From the NCBI RefSeq assembly GCF_036321535.1, contig NC_087437.1, positions 43,712,001 to 43,776,000 on the forward strand: 64,000 nt of DNA, read 5' to 3'. The stretch comes from Camelus dromedarius. Lineage: Eukaryota. The notes beneath the pieces are model-generated. The model worked only from the letters and a program-made list of their open reading frames with translations. It was not told where the DNA came from and did no database searches. A program made the position numbers and the translations under genes. Positions 12,557-24,556 of the stretch are shown here, one piece after another (position 1 is the stretch's first letter; each line of letters begins with the position of its first letter).

Positions 12557-12701
12557 ATGTAGGTAGATTATGTCTTAATTGTTAGGATAGAGGTGTTTAC
12601 AGATATAATAAAAGTAGGGCAGGGAAGGCAGCCGGTGGGTCAGGAAAGGCTTCAGAGTGATGAGAGGGCTGAGTTGAGACTTGAAGGAACCAGGGATTAT
12701 C

Positions 12702-13250
12702 TGTTAAGCACAAAACACCAGGCAGAGCCAAGGCAAGGGTCAAGGTTAAGCCCTGACTTATTCAGCCAGTAAAGATATAATGAGCCACTGCTAGATCCAG
12801 GAAGTTTATTACAAGGACAGTGAAAGAACTAGTAGCTAAAAGTGACAATTCCCTGAGTCTTTGTCCTACACGGCACAAAGGGTGACAGGAAAACAAAAAG
12901 GTGCTGGTTGACTGCAGTGTGAGCTGTGGGATACCCCATTGCTGAGGACTCAGTTTTAAACTGTTGCTAAGGGGTTTTATGCAGCTAGACTCTGAAGGCG
13001 ATAAGATGGAAAGCCTCATACTTCATCAGAGGTGATAAGAAACCGTCTCCCAACAGCCTCCCAGGGAAACAGGGAGGCGAGTGAGAGACAACCTCATAGC
13101 AGCTCCTCACAAGCCTCAACCTCTCAAGCCCTGGAAGGAGCACAAGGCCTTCTGCCAAGATTCAGAGCCGCTGTGGCTCCAGCTTTTGCCTGCGTGACCT
13201 ATGCGGGGATGTGCAAGGCCAGGGAGCCATGGCAGAGCTGTTCCCCTACA
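12702..13250 (-). mobile_element. Solo LTR, probably ERVL class
   Basis: TG...CA ends; 5-bp TSD ttatc/ttatt; antisense polyA signal tttatt at about 12805. Confidence 0.7.
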
Positions 13251-13454
13251 TTATTGAGGAATAGAAAGAAGAGAGGACATCTGAGAAAATAGAACCACAT
13301 GCAGAAGGGCAAAGGGGTACAGTGTCTGGCTAGAATACGGTGGCATGTGGCAGAAGTGTGGCACAGGAGACTTGAAACAGGGCACAGCTTAGCCTTGAAG
13401 GGTCATGTAAATCATAATGAGCGTTTCCTATCTAAAGGAGTTCCAGGAGCCAAG

Positions 13455-13962
13455 TGTGGAGCCTGCAGGCACTCTCTGGAGTCTTAAAACCCCCACTCCT
13501 GAGCTCTCTGCGTGCTGGAGCCTTAACCCCCACTCCCCACTGCGGGACCCTCCGCATACCTGCATTTCTTCAGGATGAAAACATCTTCTCTTGATGTATG
13601 TTTACCCTAACAACTCACCGCTCCAGGAGATGGCCCCACTCACAATGCCCTAGGGGACAGGCCTCACATCCTGCCCTCATCCCAGTTGGAAAACCTATTG
13701 TTCAGAGAAGTCCCTGACAGATCTTACAACCAATCAGGAACCTGTGCACAAATTGATCACGCAGCCCCTACTCCTTGTGGGCACAGACGCCCCCTCCCCC
13801 AGTAAAAGACCCTGCACCGCTCCTGGTGCTCATGCAGTCACCTCTCCCCTGTGTGGCCGGCTATTGCCAATAGCAGCATAACTATTAAACTTTCCTAAAC
13901 TTTTCTCAGTCTCAGATAATTCTTCTACCAACCCATGTCACTGGCCATGTGTGCCCACAACA
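13455..13962 (+). mobile_element. Solo LTR, 508 bp
   Basis: TG...CA ends; TSD ccaag/cgaag; CCAAT box (accaatcag, about 13730), TATA-like agtaaaaga (13801) and ATTAAA (about 13884) in LTR order. Confidence 0.85.
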
Positions 13963-14504
13963 CGAAGGACTGGATCACATTTAGATCTTAGAAGAGACCT
14001 CCTGACAGCAATATAAAGGAGGAACTGAAATGAACCTGGGTTGGAGGTGAAGCTGGGGCTGCTGGAGTGGAGACGTCTTGGGGACTGGGGAGAGCAACGC
14101 ATCACCCGCGTGTATAGTCTCCTGTAATGAATGGGAAGAAGTACTCACCAATCCATAGAATATGGTCCTGTAAGTGGGGAAGGCAAAGGGCTCCGTGTCA
14201 CATGCCCTGTGTCCTGTTTGTCAATAATCCAATTCTGCTGTCTTCCTTTTTGTGTTGCAAATATTGACCTTTTCAAGATTGCTTCCTCCCCACTTGGTAC
14301 TAATTAATGGAATTCCATCAGTTGGTCTTGAAAAATGAAAGTCTGAACGACTGGTAGAAAAGCTCTCAGGAAGACAAGAAGGAAAAACTTGCCTGTTCCC
14401 CTAACCTACAGAAAAGCTAGTGTTATTATGTGTCTTGAAAATGTTATTTCTAACCGAAGGGTCTGGCAAGCACCCAGACTCCAAATCTCGGTCTCCCTGC
14501 CCAT

Positions 14505-14740
14505 CCCCAGGCCTTTGCTAAAATGTTTTTTTCTCATTTCAACCTTTTTTGACCACTTGATTTAAAATTGTAATCTTCCCGGCCCCCCGGCAACATACTC
14601 TATCTCCCTGCAATTCTTCTCCAAGGCAATTACCATCATCTAACAAGTATTTCACTTATTTTATTTTGAGTTCATTTCTATTAAAATGTAAGTTCCATGA
14701 GCTTCTGAGTACTGTATTCCCAGTGCATCTAGAAAAGTAC
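14505..14740 (+). mobile_element. L2 3' region
   Basis: 'taaaatgtaagttccatgag...ctgtattcccagtgc'. Confidence 0.55.
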
Positions 14741-14769
14741 CATCCACATCGTTATTAAATTTAAAAATA

Positions 14770-14845
14770 TATGTATTATACTGGACACCAGAAATTGACA
14801 CATTGTAACTGACTATACTTCAATTATATATATATGGATATATAT
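14770..14845 (+). mobile_element. Young camelid-type L1 extreme 3' end, 5'-truncated
   Basis: 'acaccagaaattgacacattgtaactgactatacttcaatt' followed by a (TA)n tail; same motif as at about 27095-27135. Confidence 0.7.
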
Positions 14846-15690
14846 AAAGTTCCAAAACAGGAAAAATTATTTAATGATGATAGATGTCAGAATAGAGATT
14901 ACCTTTGAGGAAGGGGATAATAATGTTGCCGGTAGATGTAGCCGGTGTCCAGGTTCTTGTCCCACCTCAGAAAGAATTCAAAGACACAGAGGTTAAGAAA
15001 GTAAAGTGGGGATTTATTAAGGGATAGATAGTAACTCTCAAGGGCAGAGCGGGCAGGCTTAAGTGAGCAGCTGTGCTTTTCTTCGGCAAGTTGGTGGTTA
15101 CATAGAGTGTAAAAATGAATGGGTGGAATGTTCATTGAGGAGGGAAGGGTTTGGGGTCGTATTCCTTGATTTTTATCCCAACTCCACCTTCCCAAAGGGA
15201 GGAGGGATTTTATTTCTGATTTATTCTGGATTTATTCTGCATGATATGGGTACTTCTAATCTGCAAGGCCAATTTTATTGTAATGAGGGCATAATTAGCA
15301 AAAGGTTACATTCGGACACCGGAGATTCCTGCCTTTTCCCCTTTCTTTGTCAGGCTCCAGGCTGCTCATCACCCCATAAGGTGCAACCAGTTATCAGCCC
15401 AGAGGTTCCTGCTTTTCTTTCTCTGCTCAGGGACCCCTGGTGCTCACATGATGTATGGTTTCCTGCATTTGGCCCGTGCCCCTCCTTTCCGCCCAGTTCC
15501 TCCCATTTGGCCTGCGTCCCCCTTTCTCTGCTCATGTCTAGCTATCCGCCTGCTCTAACAGGTAGAGGGCATGGCAGGGGTTTCTCTGGTGCTAATAATA
15601 CCTGGATTCAGGTAGTGGTTACACGGATGTGTGCTATATTCTTATGACATCTACTCTTTTCTGTACGTGTTACATTTCAACTAAAAGTTT
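14846..15690 (+). mobile_element. L1ME 3' end, split by LTR 14937-15560
   Basis: 'gtcagaatagagattaccttt...gccggtaga|LTR|gggcatggcaggggtttctctggtgctaat...gtagtggttacacgg'. Confidence 0.65.
14937..15560 (-). mobile_element. Young solo ERV LTR, 624 bp
   Basis: tgta...aaca ends; perfect 6-bp TSD ggtaga (14931-14936 and 15561-15566); antisense polyA signal at about 15013; CpGs retained. Confidence 0.9.
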
Positions 15691-16142
15691 TATCGGAAGA
15701 AGTTGGGAAGAAGGCACATCTGCCTAGCAGCTGCTTTTCTGTCTTCCTGCTTTTCTGTGGTTGGTTGGTTGTCTTTATTGCATCACCTTTTCTACATGGT
15801 TGCCGCCCCTCGAGGCATTACTTCTGCATTCCCAGCAGGGAAAGGACCAAAAAATCAAGGGGTGAAGGGCTTTCTCCGGTGTGATTCTGCTTTTCATTAT
15901 GAAAGAAAGCCCTCCTGGGGACTTCTGCCTACTACCTGTCCGGGGTGAGACAGTTACTCCTGTGATAGGTGTTTACCTCTGCAGCCTCTAAACCAGAGAG
16001 ATGTTAGAAGTGGGTTTTTGAACAGTTGGCTTATATTATCTGCACACATTGAAAAGAAATTTGAGAGCAATATTAATACTAGTATTTGTAATTCAAATGC
16101 AACATAAAGGAAGATACCAGGATCCAAAGGACTTCAAACCAC

Positions 16143-16649
16143 TGCCAACTGAAAACTGGCCCTTGTCATCTGCCTCCATAAGGACTGAATCATGTTGGCA
16201 CTTGCCACCTAACTCTGCTTGAATTAAATCACAAGCAGCTGCAGCCCTGACCTCCAGCACTCCCTGAAAGGAGGTCAGGGTGAAGATCAGGAATGAGGCA
16301 CTCCGTGCTCTGGGAAAACTGGCAGAACAGACCTTCCGATAGTTATTTTCAGGAGAAGATTTTATGAGCCTAAATTCTTGCGTCTTTTCATGTCGAGAAA
16401 AGCACTAAAATCATTAACAGCGACATCTGTTCCTTGTGACTAGCGGCAAGCCCCTGCCTAAATGTGTGCCTGACTGCCCATACCCCCGCCTTCACTGAAA
16501 TTGTATATAATGCTGACGGTCCCCCCTCTACCTTTCTGGAGCAGTTTCTCAGAGGTATCTGAGACGCAGTCTCCCAGGCTATCATCCTCATTTTGCCTTA
16601 AATAAAACTTAACCCACACCTCTCACGTGTGATTTTATTTCAGTTGGCA
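16143..16649 (+). mobile_element. ERV1-type solo LTR of the cetartiodactyl MER41-like group, 507 bp
   Basis: 12-bp terminal inverted repeats tgccaactgaaa/tttcagttggca; perfect 5-bp TSD accac; TATA-like tatataa at about 16504; AATAAA at about 16601. Confidence 0.9.
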
Positions 16650-17569
16650 ACCACAAATCATTAACCATCCCCACAGTTACATACATGTTATACCCTAAGC
16701 TCCCTCACGCCCTCTGCTTTTAACTGGTGCTTTGGATTGGTATCTCCATCAGATCTCCTCTGATCGAGGGACCTGGACCAGATATGAGCACCTGTGCTTT
16801 ACGTACAAGATTTAGAGTAAAGACAGGCGAGTGTGACCCTCTTTCCTTTGAGCACACCTAGACTCGTGCATAACTTTGCATGTTCTCCCAGGTCTGTCCT
16901 ACCATATGCCACAAATGCTAGTGAAAGAGATCAAAGAGCATAGTGCAAGAAAGATTCAGGAGACAGCTCAAAGAGGGGTGAAGAGAATGATTAAGTGAAT
17001 CAATTTAATTTGTTTCTAGATTTGATACGTTTGTCTGTTTCTTACTCCACTTGTTTCAGAAAGTATGCAAGATAGGTTCACAGTTACTTGTACAGTATAT
17101 CTCTGCCCGCTTGCAAAATTAAGCTCTGAGCCATCGCCCTTGATTTTATGTGATTGAGGGTTCCGTTTTATATTTATCTGTATCTGAATTTCTCTTCCTA
17201 ATGGCTGAAGTGGCAGGAGTGGGAACACTTCAACTCCCCTTAGGCGTTAAATCTTGTGACCAATCATGTATTCTCCCTTGAGTTAACCCAGTGTATTTAT
17301 AAGTTTATAGTGTTTTCTGGCTATTGTTTTTCTCTTACAGGATTTTTCCTGAACACTTCTTGCATCTTCATGAGAACTATTTTCAGTTTTTTCTTCCAGC
17401 CCCAGAGTCATTTAAAAATGTTCTTTACTGTTGCTCAGAAGCCAGTGAAATGTTTCACGTGACCTCGTCCCACCTTATGTACTAAGTCTAACAGTCACCC
17501 CCGGGCTATTCCCAGTTCTCAAAATACTGCTGGCTGTGTTGTCTTACCACACTAATGGCAGCGTGTTCA

Positions 17570-17785
17570 CAGCTAACACTGATTAATTACTATGTGTCAG
17601 GCACTATGCTGAGTACTTTGATAGGCATTAATCCATTTGATCCTCACATAACCCTATTTAGTGCATACTACTATTATTCTCATTTTATAGATTAGAAAAC
17701 ACATAGGTTAAGTGACTAGCTCCAGTTAATTCACCCAGAGGGGATTAGAACCCACGCAGCCTGACTTCAACGCAGAAGTGCTTTC
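17570..17785 (-). mobile_element. MIR SINE
   Basis: 'tactatgtgtcaggcact...atcctcacataaccct...ctcattttatagat...ggttaagtgact'. Confidence 0.8.
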
Positions 17786-19204
17786 CTTGTGCCCTGTCTT
17801 TGCCCCAAAGTAACATCATCTCAATCCAAATAATTTACAGTTGTCTAACATTTACTCCATTCCATAAAATGTAAAGCTTCAAACCCTAGCTAAAGTTCAA
17901 GCCAGCTAAGTCACCTATTTATTTAAAAACAAACCTAATGTATATTTTTAAATTAGCTAACTGTGTTTAAACACTCCTTCCTGATTTTCTTCCTACTCTG
18001 TTGAGTCCCACTCAGAGGGTCACTGATTGGAGTCTGGATTTCTCACTGAGCAGCCACAGCTGGGATTCTCCTCTACAACCTCCAAAATTTCATGACTTCA
18101 GCTCCAAGACTTTATCAACCTTCTGTTTTCTAAAGTCAGTCACATAAGACCATGCTAGCACCATACTCACAGACTTCCAAAAATACAGTCTTAGGGAAAA
18201 AAAAGTAACAACTTTAACAGCTGTTAATCTATGCAATGTTTCTCTTTACAATAGTATTTCTCATTCAAAAGTTAAGTAATAGAGTCCAATACATTTCTTA
18301 ATTTTTAGAACAATAATTCTCAATTTTTCAACATCAATACACCCCAAAGGATAATATCTACTTCCATCAGAAAGACGGTTCATTACAACAATGATTTGAG
18401 GGTATAGAAATGAGTGAGGGGATAAACAAAGAAAAATCTTTCTTAGAATGTGTATCCCCATGGAAAAGGTGGGGGAAAAAAAGAAAAAGAATTATTTTAA
18501 AATGTGTTCTGTTGAAACTTATACTCTCTTTCAAACTGAGAATCACCATCTGAATATGAAATCTGAGAATTAGTGGCTAAGTGAATCAGGGGAGCACACA
18601 GCTCGCTAAAGAGATGAGGAAGGCTTCCAGGTCCAAGTTTCACTTGGTATCAGGCATTTTGTGTCAGTTCTTCAGAGACTACCACAAGTAAATTTCATAA
18701 CACTTAGAAGATACATTCCCGAAAGAGACAAATTGTGAAACTAAGATTTTCATAGACTTGGATTAAAAACAACTCTACTTACGGAAACATCCTTCTTTCT
18801 CAGAGAATAATCCCTACAAGATTTCTTCATGTAAGAAAAAATCGGAAATTTTCAGATATGTGCTCTAGTCCTCCGCGCTTTCTTCATGTCTCCTTCCACG
18901 ACTTTTGTATCTATAGAGAATACCGGGAGCATGATGAAACAAACCGACTTTCAGGAAGTTATGTTAAAAGTGGATGGACCAGATGAGAGATAACCAAAGC
19001 CTTCTCAAGGAAACAGAATTGTTCCAGGGTCGGCAATACATGAGTTTAAAACCTTAAAGAGTTGGTCCATCGGCAGAGGGTGTGGTCATGAAGGGTGCAT
19101 AGGGAAAAGACAAAGCATCCAATACCAACACGAGTGATGTCCCGGGCAGCAGAGCTAGGCACCCCCAACTCCTGTTCTATTAAAGTAGGTGGCAGTAAAA
19201 AGGA

Positions 19205-19452
19205 AACACAATGCAGTGTGGAGGTGAAGCAGACTGACTTTGGGTCCTTCAAACCCAGGTTCAAATTCTGTCTCAACAATTGCTGCTTGTGATACTTCGA
19301 GCAGGTTATTCTAGGGCGTTCAATTTTTTTTTACCTTTAAAATACGACGAATAATATCTACTTCATAGGATTTTGTGAAATGAAATCATGAAATAAGGCA
19401 TGTGAAATGCTTATTGTAATGCTTGCCACGAAGTATACACTCAGAAATTATT
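19205..19452 (+). mobile_element. MIR SINE
   Basis: B-box-like 'ggttcaaattc'; 'ataatatctacttcatagg...catgtgaaatgctta'. Confidence 0.75.
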
Positions 19453-19457
19453 GCAAG

Positions 19458-20108
19458 TGTAGTAGACTGAATTGGAAGATGGCCCCAAAGATCCCCTCCT
19501 CTCATGTACACACCCTGCATAATCATCAACCTTTGAGTGTGGCGGGAACCAGTGAATGTAATGGAGCATCACTTCCAAAGTTAAGAGTTCTAATCAGCTG
19601 ACCATAAGTTAATCAAAAGGGAGCTCACCCTCAGTAGGCCAGGCATGATCAGGTGAGTCCTCTGAAATTAGGACCCCTGCTGGCTTCAAAGACTAAAGGA
19701 ACTGCCATTTCTTGAGAGGAGGTGGCCTCGGGCAAGGACCTAAGGGTGAGCTCTAGTTGCTGAGAAGAGTCTCCAGCTGAAAACCAGCAGGAAATTGGCA
19801 ATCTTACAGAGCTGCATGGAAATAAATTCCAACAATGATCAGTGAGATTTGGAAGAGGCCCTTGAACCTCAGTGAGTCTATAGCTTTAGCTGATATCTTA
19901 ATATCATCGTAGTGAGATCCTGACCAGATGACCTAGTTAACCCATAATCAGACTCCTCTTCAATATTTTTTTTAAAGAGGGTACTGGGGATTGAACCCAG
20001 GACCTCATATAATCAGACTCCAGACCCATGGAAATAGTAATAGACTTGTGTTGTTTTGAGCCATTAAGCTTGTGGCAATTTGTTGTGCAGCTATAGAAGA
20101 TTAATACA
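19458..20108 (+). mobile_element. MLT1E-like MaLR solo LTR
   Basis: Start 'tgtagtagactgaattggaagatggccccaaagatccc'; end 'ttttgagccattaagcttgtggcaatttgttgtgcagctatagaagattaataca'. Confidence 0.85.
19957..20008 (-). mobile_element. 5'-truncated Vic-1-type tRNA-derived SINE inside the MLT1
   Basis: 'ggtactggggattgaacccaggacctcat' is an antisense B-box region; perfect 13-bp TSD ataatcagactcc (19944-19956 and 20009-20021). Confidence 0.85.
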
Positions 20109-20462
20109 AGTAGTATCTGTTGCTGTTGTGATATTGTTACTATTACTATAATTAAAATCATAGAACGATACTCCTCCTTCTGAGTCTAGGCTCATCTCAA
20201 CTTTTCAATAATGTTGGAATCTCCTTCAGCTTGTTTATAAGCACAGAGCGCTAGTCAAGCTAACAATTATAGATTATACTGAGTATTTGCATTTTAAATA
20301 AATTTATGAGTAACACCTGGGAGATCATTGCTACTTACAGTAAGGAATAATTAAAATAGTGATCAGTCCATTTTTTTTTTAACTTTCTTCTATCCCAGCC
20401 AGTGTAATCTCATTCATATACTAGTTAGAGTCTGAAGGCCACTAAGGAGGACTAGTTTTCTT

Positions 20463-20826
20463 TGTGGTAGACAGTAATGCTCAACAAATATCCCACTTGC
20501 TTCTAAAGGGTCATAAGGTTTCTGTGCAATGAAGTGTGATTGAAATGACCCTAATTACTTCTAGACGGAGGCAGTGAAAAATCCTCAAGCAACCTCCATT
20601 CTTTATCTTCTCTGGCCAAGCCATCTGAGGAGGCCGTAAGTGTCAGATGATGCAGGGACAAGATGGTGAAGCCACCATCAGCCTAGGTCCCTGAATAACT
20701 AAGTGGAGCAATACCCTATATTAATCCTCAACGAATATGCAGCATGAATGAGAAACAAATTTTTGTTACTTGAGTATCTAAGATTTAATTTGTTACTACA
20801 GCAAAACCTAGACTATACTGACTACC
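20463..20826 (+). mobile_element. MLT1I/J-like MaLR LTR
   Basis: 'cagcctaggtccctgaataac...cagcatgaatgagaaacaaat...ttgttactacagcaaaacctagactatactgacta'. Confidence 0.75.
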
Positions 20827-21204
20827 AGATATGTTAAATCAGTAGAAATGGACTAGGAAGGGTCACTCATTTCAAATTTTCTTTCTTTCTCTGCTCTCTG
20901 TGTACCTCTCTTCTCTTCTTCATCTAATGTGGATGGCTAAATAATATTGAGACTGATGGGGCTTCCTGTTTGACTGACTCCTTTCTCACCAGTAGGTAAA
21001 TCATACAACAGGCTAAGCTGATCTTTCAGATTCATGCACCCTCCATGACAGCATGGCTGAAGCCATAACATACAAGAAAAGTTATCAGACTGGCTATCGT
21101 ATTTCACAGGTAAAAGCTAAGTGTAAGCAGCAGCAACTCTATCAGCAACTGATGATTGGAAGAGATTAGAAGACTTAGGGATCGTGGCTATATTTTCTTT
21201 AGAA

Positions 21205-21960
21205 ATGACAACCAGAAACCATCCTTATCTTGTTCATGATTTTTAAAGGCAATCTTTTAAAATTTTCACCATTAAGTATGACATGAGCTATTGGTCAAAG
21301 TAGATATTGTTTATGATTTTAAGTAAGCATTTTTCTTTCTGAGTTTTCTTAGATATATTCTTGGGAAATAACTTCTTTGGACTTGATGGGGATGATCATA
21401 AGACTTTTCTTCCTTGACAGTTTGAGGTGATAAATTATATTAATAGCTTTCCTAAGCTTGAATCATCTGTACTTTCCTGGAATAAACTCTACTTGGTCAT
21501 GATAGATGATATTTTTTTTAACAGAGTTGAATTTGACATGCTAATACTTTATTTCTAATTTATACATATATATATCTGAATGATACTGACCTAGAGTTTT
21601 GTTTTTTGTCAAGTTTTGGTATTAAGTTTTTCCAGTTTCCAAAAATAAATTTGGATAGTTTTCTCCTTCTTGCTACAATATGTGACATATTATGTAGTAT
21701 AAGCATTATATGTCTTTTGAAGTTTTAAATAGTTGGCCAACAAGCCATCTTACTTCAGATATATGTGAGAAGTAATTATTTTATAATGTCAATTTCCCCA
21801 CATTTTTCTAATTATATTTTTAAAATCATCCCTGAATCAAATTTGGTAATTTAAACTTTTCTGGAAAGTTATTCATTTCATTAAAGTTTCCAGTGTATTA
21901 AAACTTGTTTTCATTGTCTTCTTAATTTTAATTTTGTTGATTTGTTTCCTTAACTAGAGT
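21205..21960 (-). mobile_element. Ancient L1 (L1M5/L1ME) ORF2 fragment
   Basis: 'catccttatcttgttcatgat...ttttcaccattaagtatga' and 'cctggaataaactctacttggtcatga'. Confidence 0.75.
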
Positions 21961-23099
21961 TGTGAAATAATTCACCTTAGTAGTTAATCTGTCAAGTCAG
22001 AGTTAAAACATGCAAACTGTTGCATCTGTGGTAATATGAGAAATTCTCACTAATGTTGTGTAAGTGATTTACAAAAGTATCTCTTGATAACATTTCTAAT
22101 CCAAACTTTAGTGGTATGGATTTCAAATGTTAATCCAAACTACACAGGTAATAACAAGATGATACCTTAAACTATTAACTTATGAATGATATGACTCATT
22201 GTGCTTTCACATAATGTGAAAAGGGAATTATCTGTGGGTTGTTGTGTAGTATGTGGGCCACCAGAAGTCATGCAAATTATAATTTAAATATATGGCAGGA
22301 GAGTTCAAGGAACATAATTTACTTATTAACAAAGGCATCTTATTCCATGAGAATGAAATGGAATAGATGTAAACAGAAACATGGCTCCAAATCACAGTGT
22401 TCATTTTATAACTTTTTTTTTTTAAACACAGACCCGAAAGCAAGATCAACATGTGTCGTGTAGTTATAAAGCCAATATAAAGTTTTATAGTAATATTATA
22501 CTCAGCTATAATGCAAAGGGTAAAGTGAGAAATAAAGTCTTGCTAATCTGATTAAAGTATAACATAAATGGACTGGCAACTCAGATGCAGAAAATAATTT
22601 ATTTTTCCCAGGAGAGCTGTTCATAAGAACACAGTCCTCTACAATGCCTGGCAGAATCATTTATGGAATATTATCTTCTGAATATATTAATAATTTGTAA
22701 TTTGACTAAGAATGAGCTTCTTAATCTCATCCCAGTCTTTTCCACATCAGAAGGATAGAGACATCGTCCTGTGGGTATTCATGGAACCAAAGCATTATGA
22801 AAGCTCATATAGGCTATGAAAGCTATTTTCTGATATTAGGTGAAAACCTCTAAAAGTACACTGGACAAACTAAGAAATCCGGAGATACCTCAGCAAAGAC
22901 TTAGGCTGTATACTTCCAACAAGTTAAAGGATATTCCAGGGTTTCTGGAAGGTTGATACAGTGAACTAGAAATTGTGGTCTTTGATGTAGACGGTTATAT
23001 ATACATAGATACTAATGTGTTCTAAGTGCTGGAAGAATTTAAAATGGAAAAGAACAATGCTTTTTTAATACATCTAAAGCTTAGACAGATGTTTGGGAA

Positions 23100-24300
23100 C
23101 AACCAGGAGTTTTGTCAATGATAGCTTTGAGGCAGGGGATAAAGAGTGGCATGTATTTCACAGAAGTGAGAATTTTTATACTGGAAGAGGAGGAGGAGTA
23201 CTTTGTGACAGTCAAGAGCAGGAAAGACTAGGGATGTGACGGGGCTGATAGAGTCCAGGTGGAAGTCTACTGTAATAGTCCCTGCAAAAAAACAATGAGC
23301 CCTTGATTCAATCCAACTCAACAAATATTTATTGAACACTGATGATATACCAAGTGCTTTTCTAGGTGCTTAGCTTAAAACTGTAAACAAAACAGTCTAA
23401 TATTTCTACCCTCTTGTGACTCACATTTTAGCAACTGAGGGCAAAAGCAGTAGAAAAGAAGACTGTGATAGCAACAGACACTGGAAAGACTGAGCTGACA
23501 AGACCTTCTTGATACTAATGGTCAAGAAAAGGAAGAATTTCCAGAAAATTCCGTGGCCTTGAACCTAAGTACCAGGTAAAATAGAAAGGCCATTGATAGA
23601 GAGGGAGCAACATATTCAGCATATGCTGACTCCTTTCCAGTGTCCAGCACTAGGGGCAGGAAGGAGCACCATTCTGGAACTGTGACAGCTGCGATGTTAG
23701 TGGCAGTTGTGGACAAGCTGAAATTTTGATTCAGGCAGAACATCCTTATGAAATAGTCAACAAAACAATTGAAAATGCTGTTTTGAAATTCAAGTGAGAG
23801 TTTAGAACAATCTGATTAGGAAGTGATTTTTCTAGTTATCATCATATATGAAATCCTCAAGAGAAAGAAAACAGAATAAGAGGCAACACCCAGAGACAAA
23901 AGATAGGACACTGATATTTACAAGTACACATTGGAAAAGTAAGCAAAGAAGACCAAGTTAAAATACTGATAGAGATGGATATAAAATAATAAAGAAAAAT
24001 GCTGGAATGTCATCAAAATGATATTAATCTATGTAAGAGCACTTCCAAAAGGGTGGAGTCATCAATATAAAAATGAGCAGAGATTGAATAGAAAGAGAAA
24101 AGATCAGAAGATAAACATTTCAGAAGGAAAGTGGGAGTTCATGAGAGAAGGCAGAATACAAAGGGTTGTTAGTTGATGAGCAGAAATGGAGAAAGTTCAT
24201 GTTGACTACTTTTCTTAGAAAGCTTAACAGATGAGTAGTCTACAGAGGTAACCTTGGTTCTTTGTGGGAAAACTGATTAATAGAGACTTGAGTGTGTTTA
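23100..24300 (-). mobile_element. L2 fragments, including a nested L2 3' end at about 23305-23430
   Basis: 'actcaacaaatatttattgaacac...ctaggtgct'; purine-rich L2 body around it. Confidence 0.6.
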
Positions 24301-24305
24301 TAGGC

Positions 24306-24556
24306 TGAAGGGTAGCAGAATGTGCCACCCCAAAATATACCCCTTTGGCATCAGGATTATTTTGAAAAAGTGAAGAAACAAAAGAAGCTTTGAAAACAGG
24401 AGAAGTTTCCTTTTTGTAGGGGAAATTTACATTAGAAAGGGGGCTGTACCAGGAGTTAAATTTTTGTATTCTCCTGTTAATTTGTTTTTTATTACAGGGT
24501 GGGTCTCAGCCAAGAACCTAGAAGGGTAGAGGAAAAATTATTTTCCCTCTCCTACA
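24306..24556 (+). mobile_element. MER34-like ERV1 LTR with internal deletion
   Basis: Start 'tgaagggtagcagaatgtgccaccccaaaatat'; end 'tctcagccaagaacctagaagggtagagg...tcctaca'. Confidence 0.75.

Larger units (their letters stand above)
12620..14090 (-). mobile_element. L2 fragments interrupted by two LTRs
   Basis: 'tcaggaaaggcttcagag...gagttgagacttgaagga' and 'gatcacatttagatcttagaagagacctcctgacagc' continue across the LTR insertions. Confidence 0.55.

Noticed and set aside
15063..15647. Longest ORF in the track (194 aa)
   Set aside because: It lies antisense within the solo LTR 14937-15560, runs into L1ME, starts at GTG and has no recognisable domain.
17258..17465. CCAAT (17260), TATA-like tatttataa (17294) and E-box tcacgtgac (17455)
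   Set aside because: No downstream exon or ORF and no CpG island; these motifs are too common to call a promoter.
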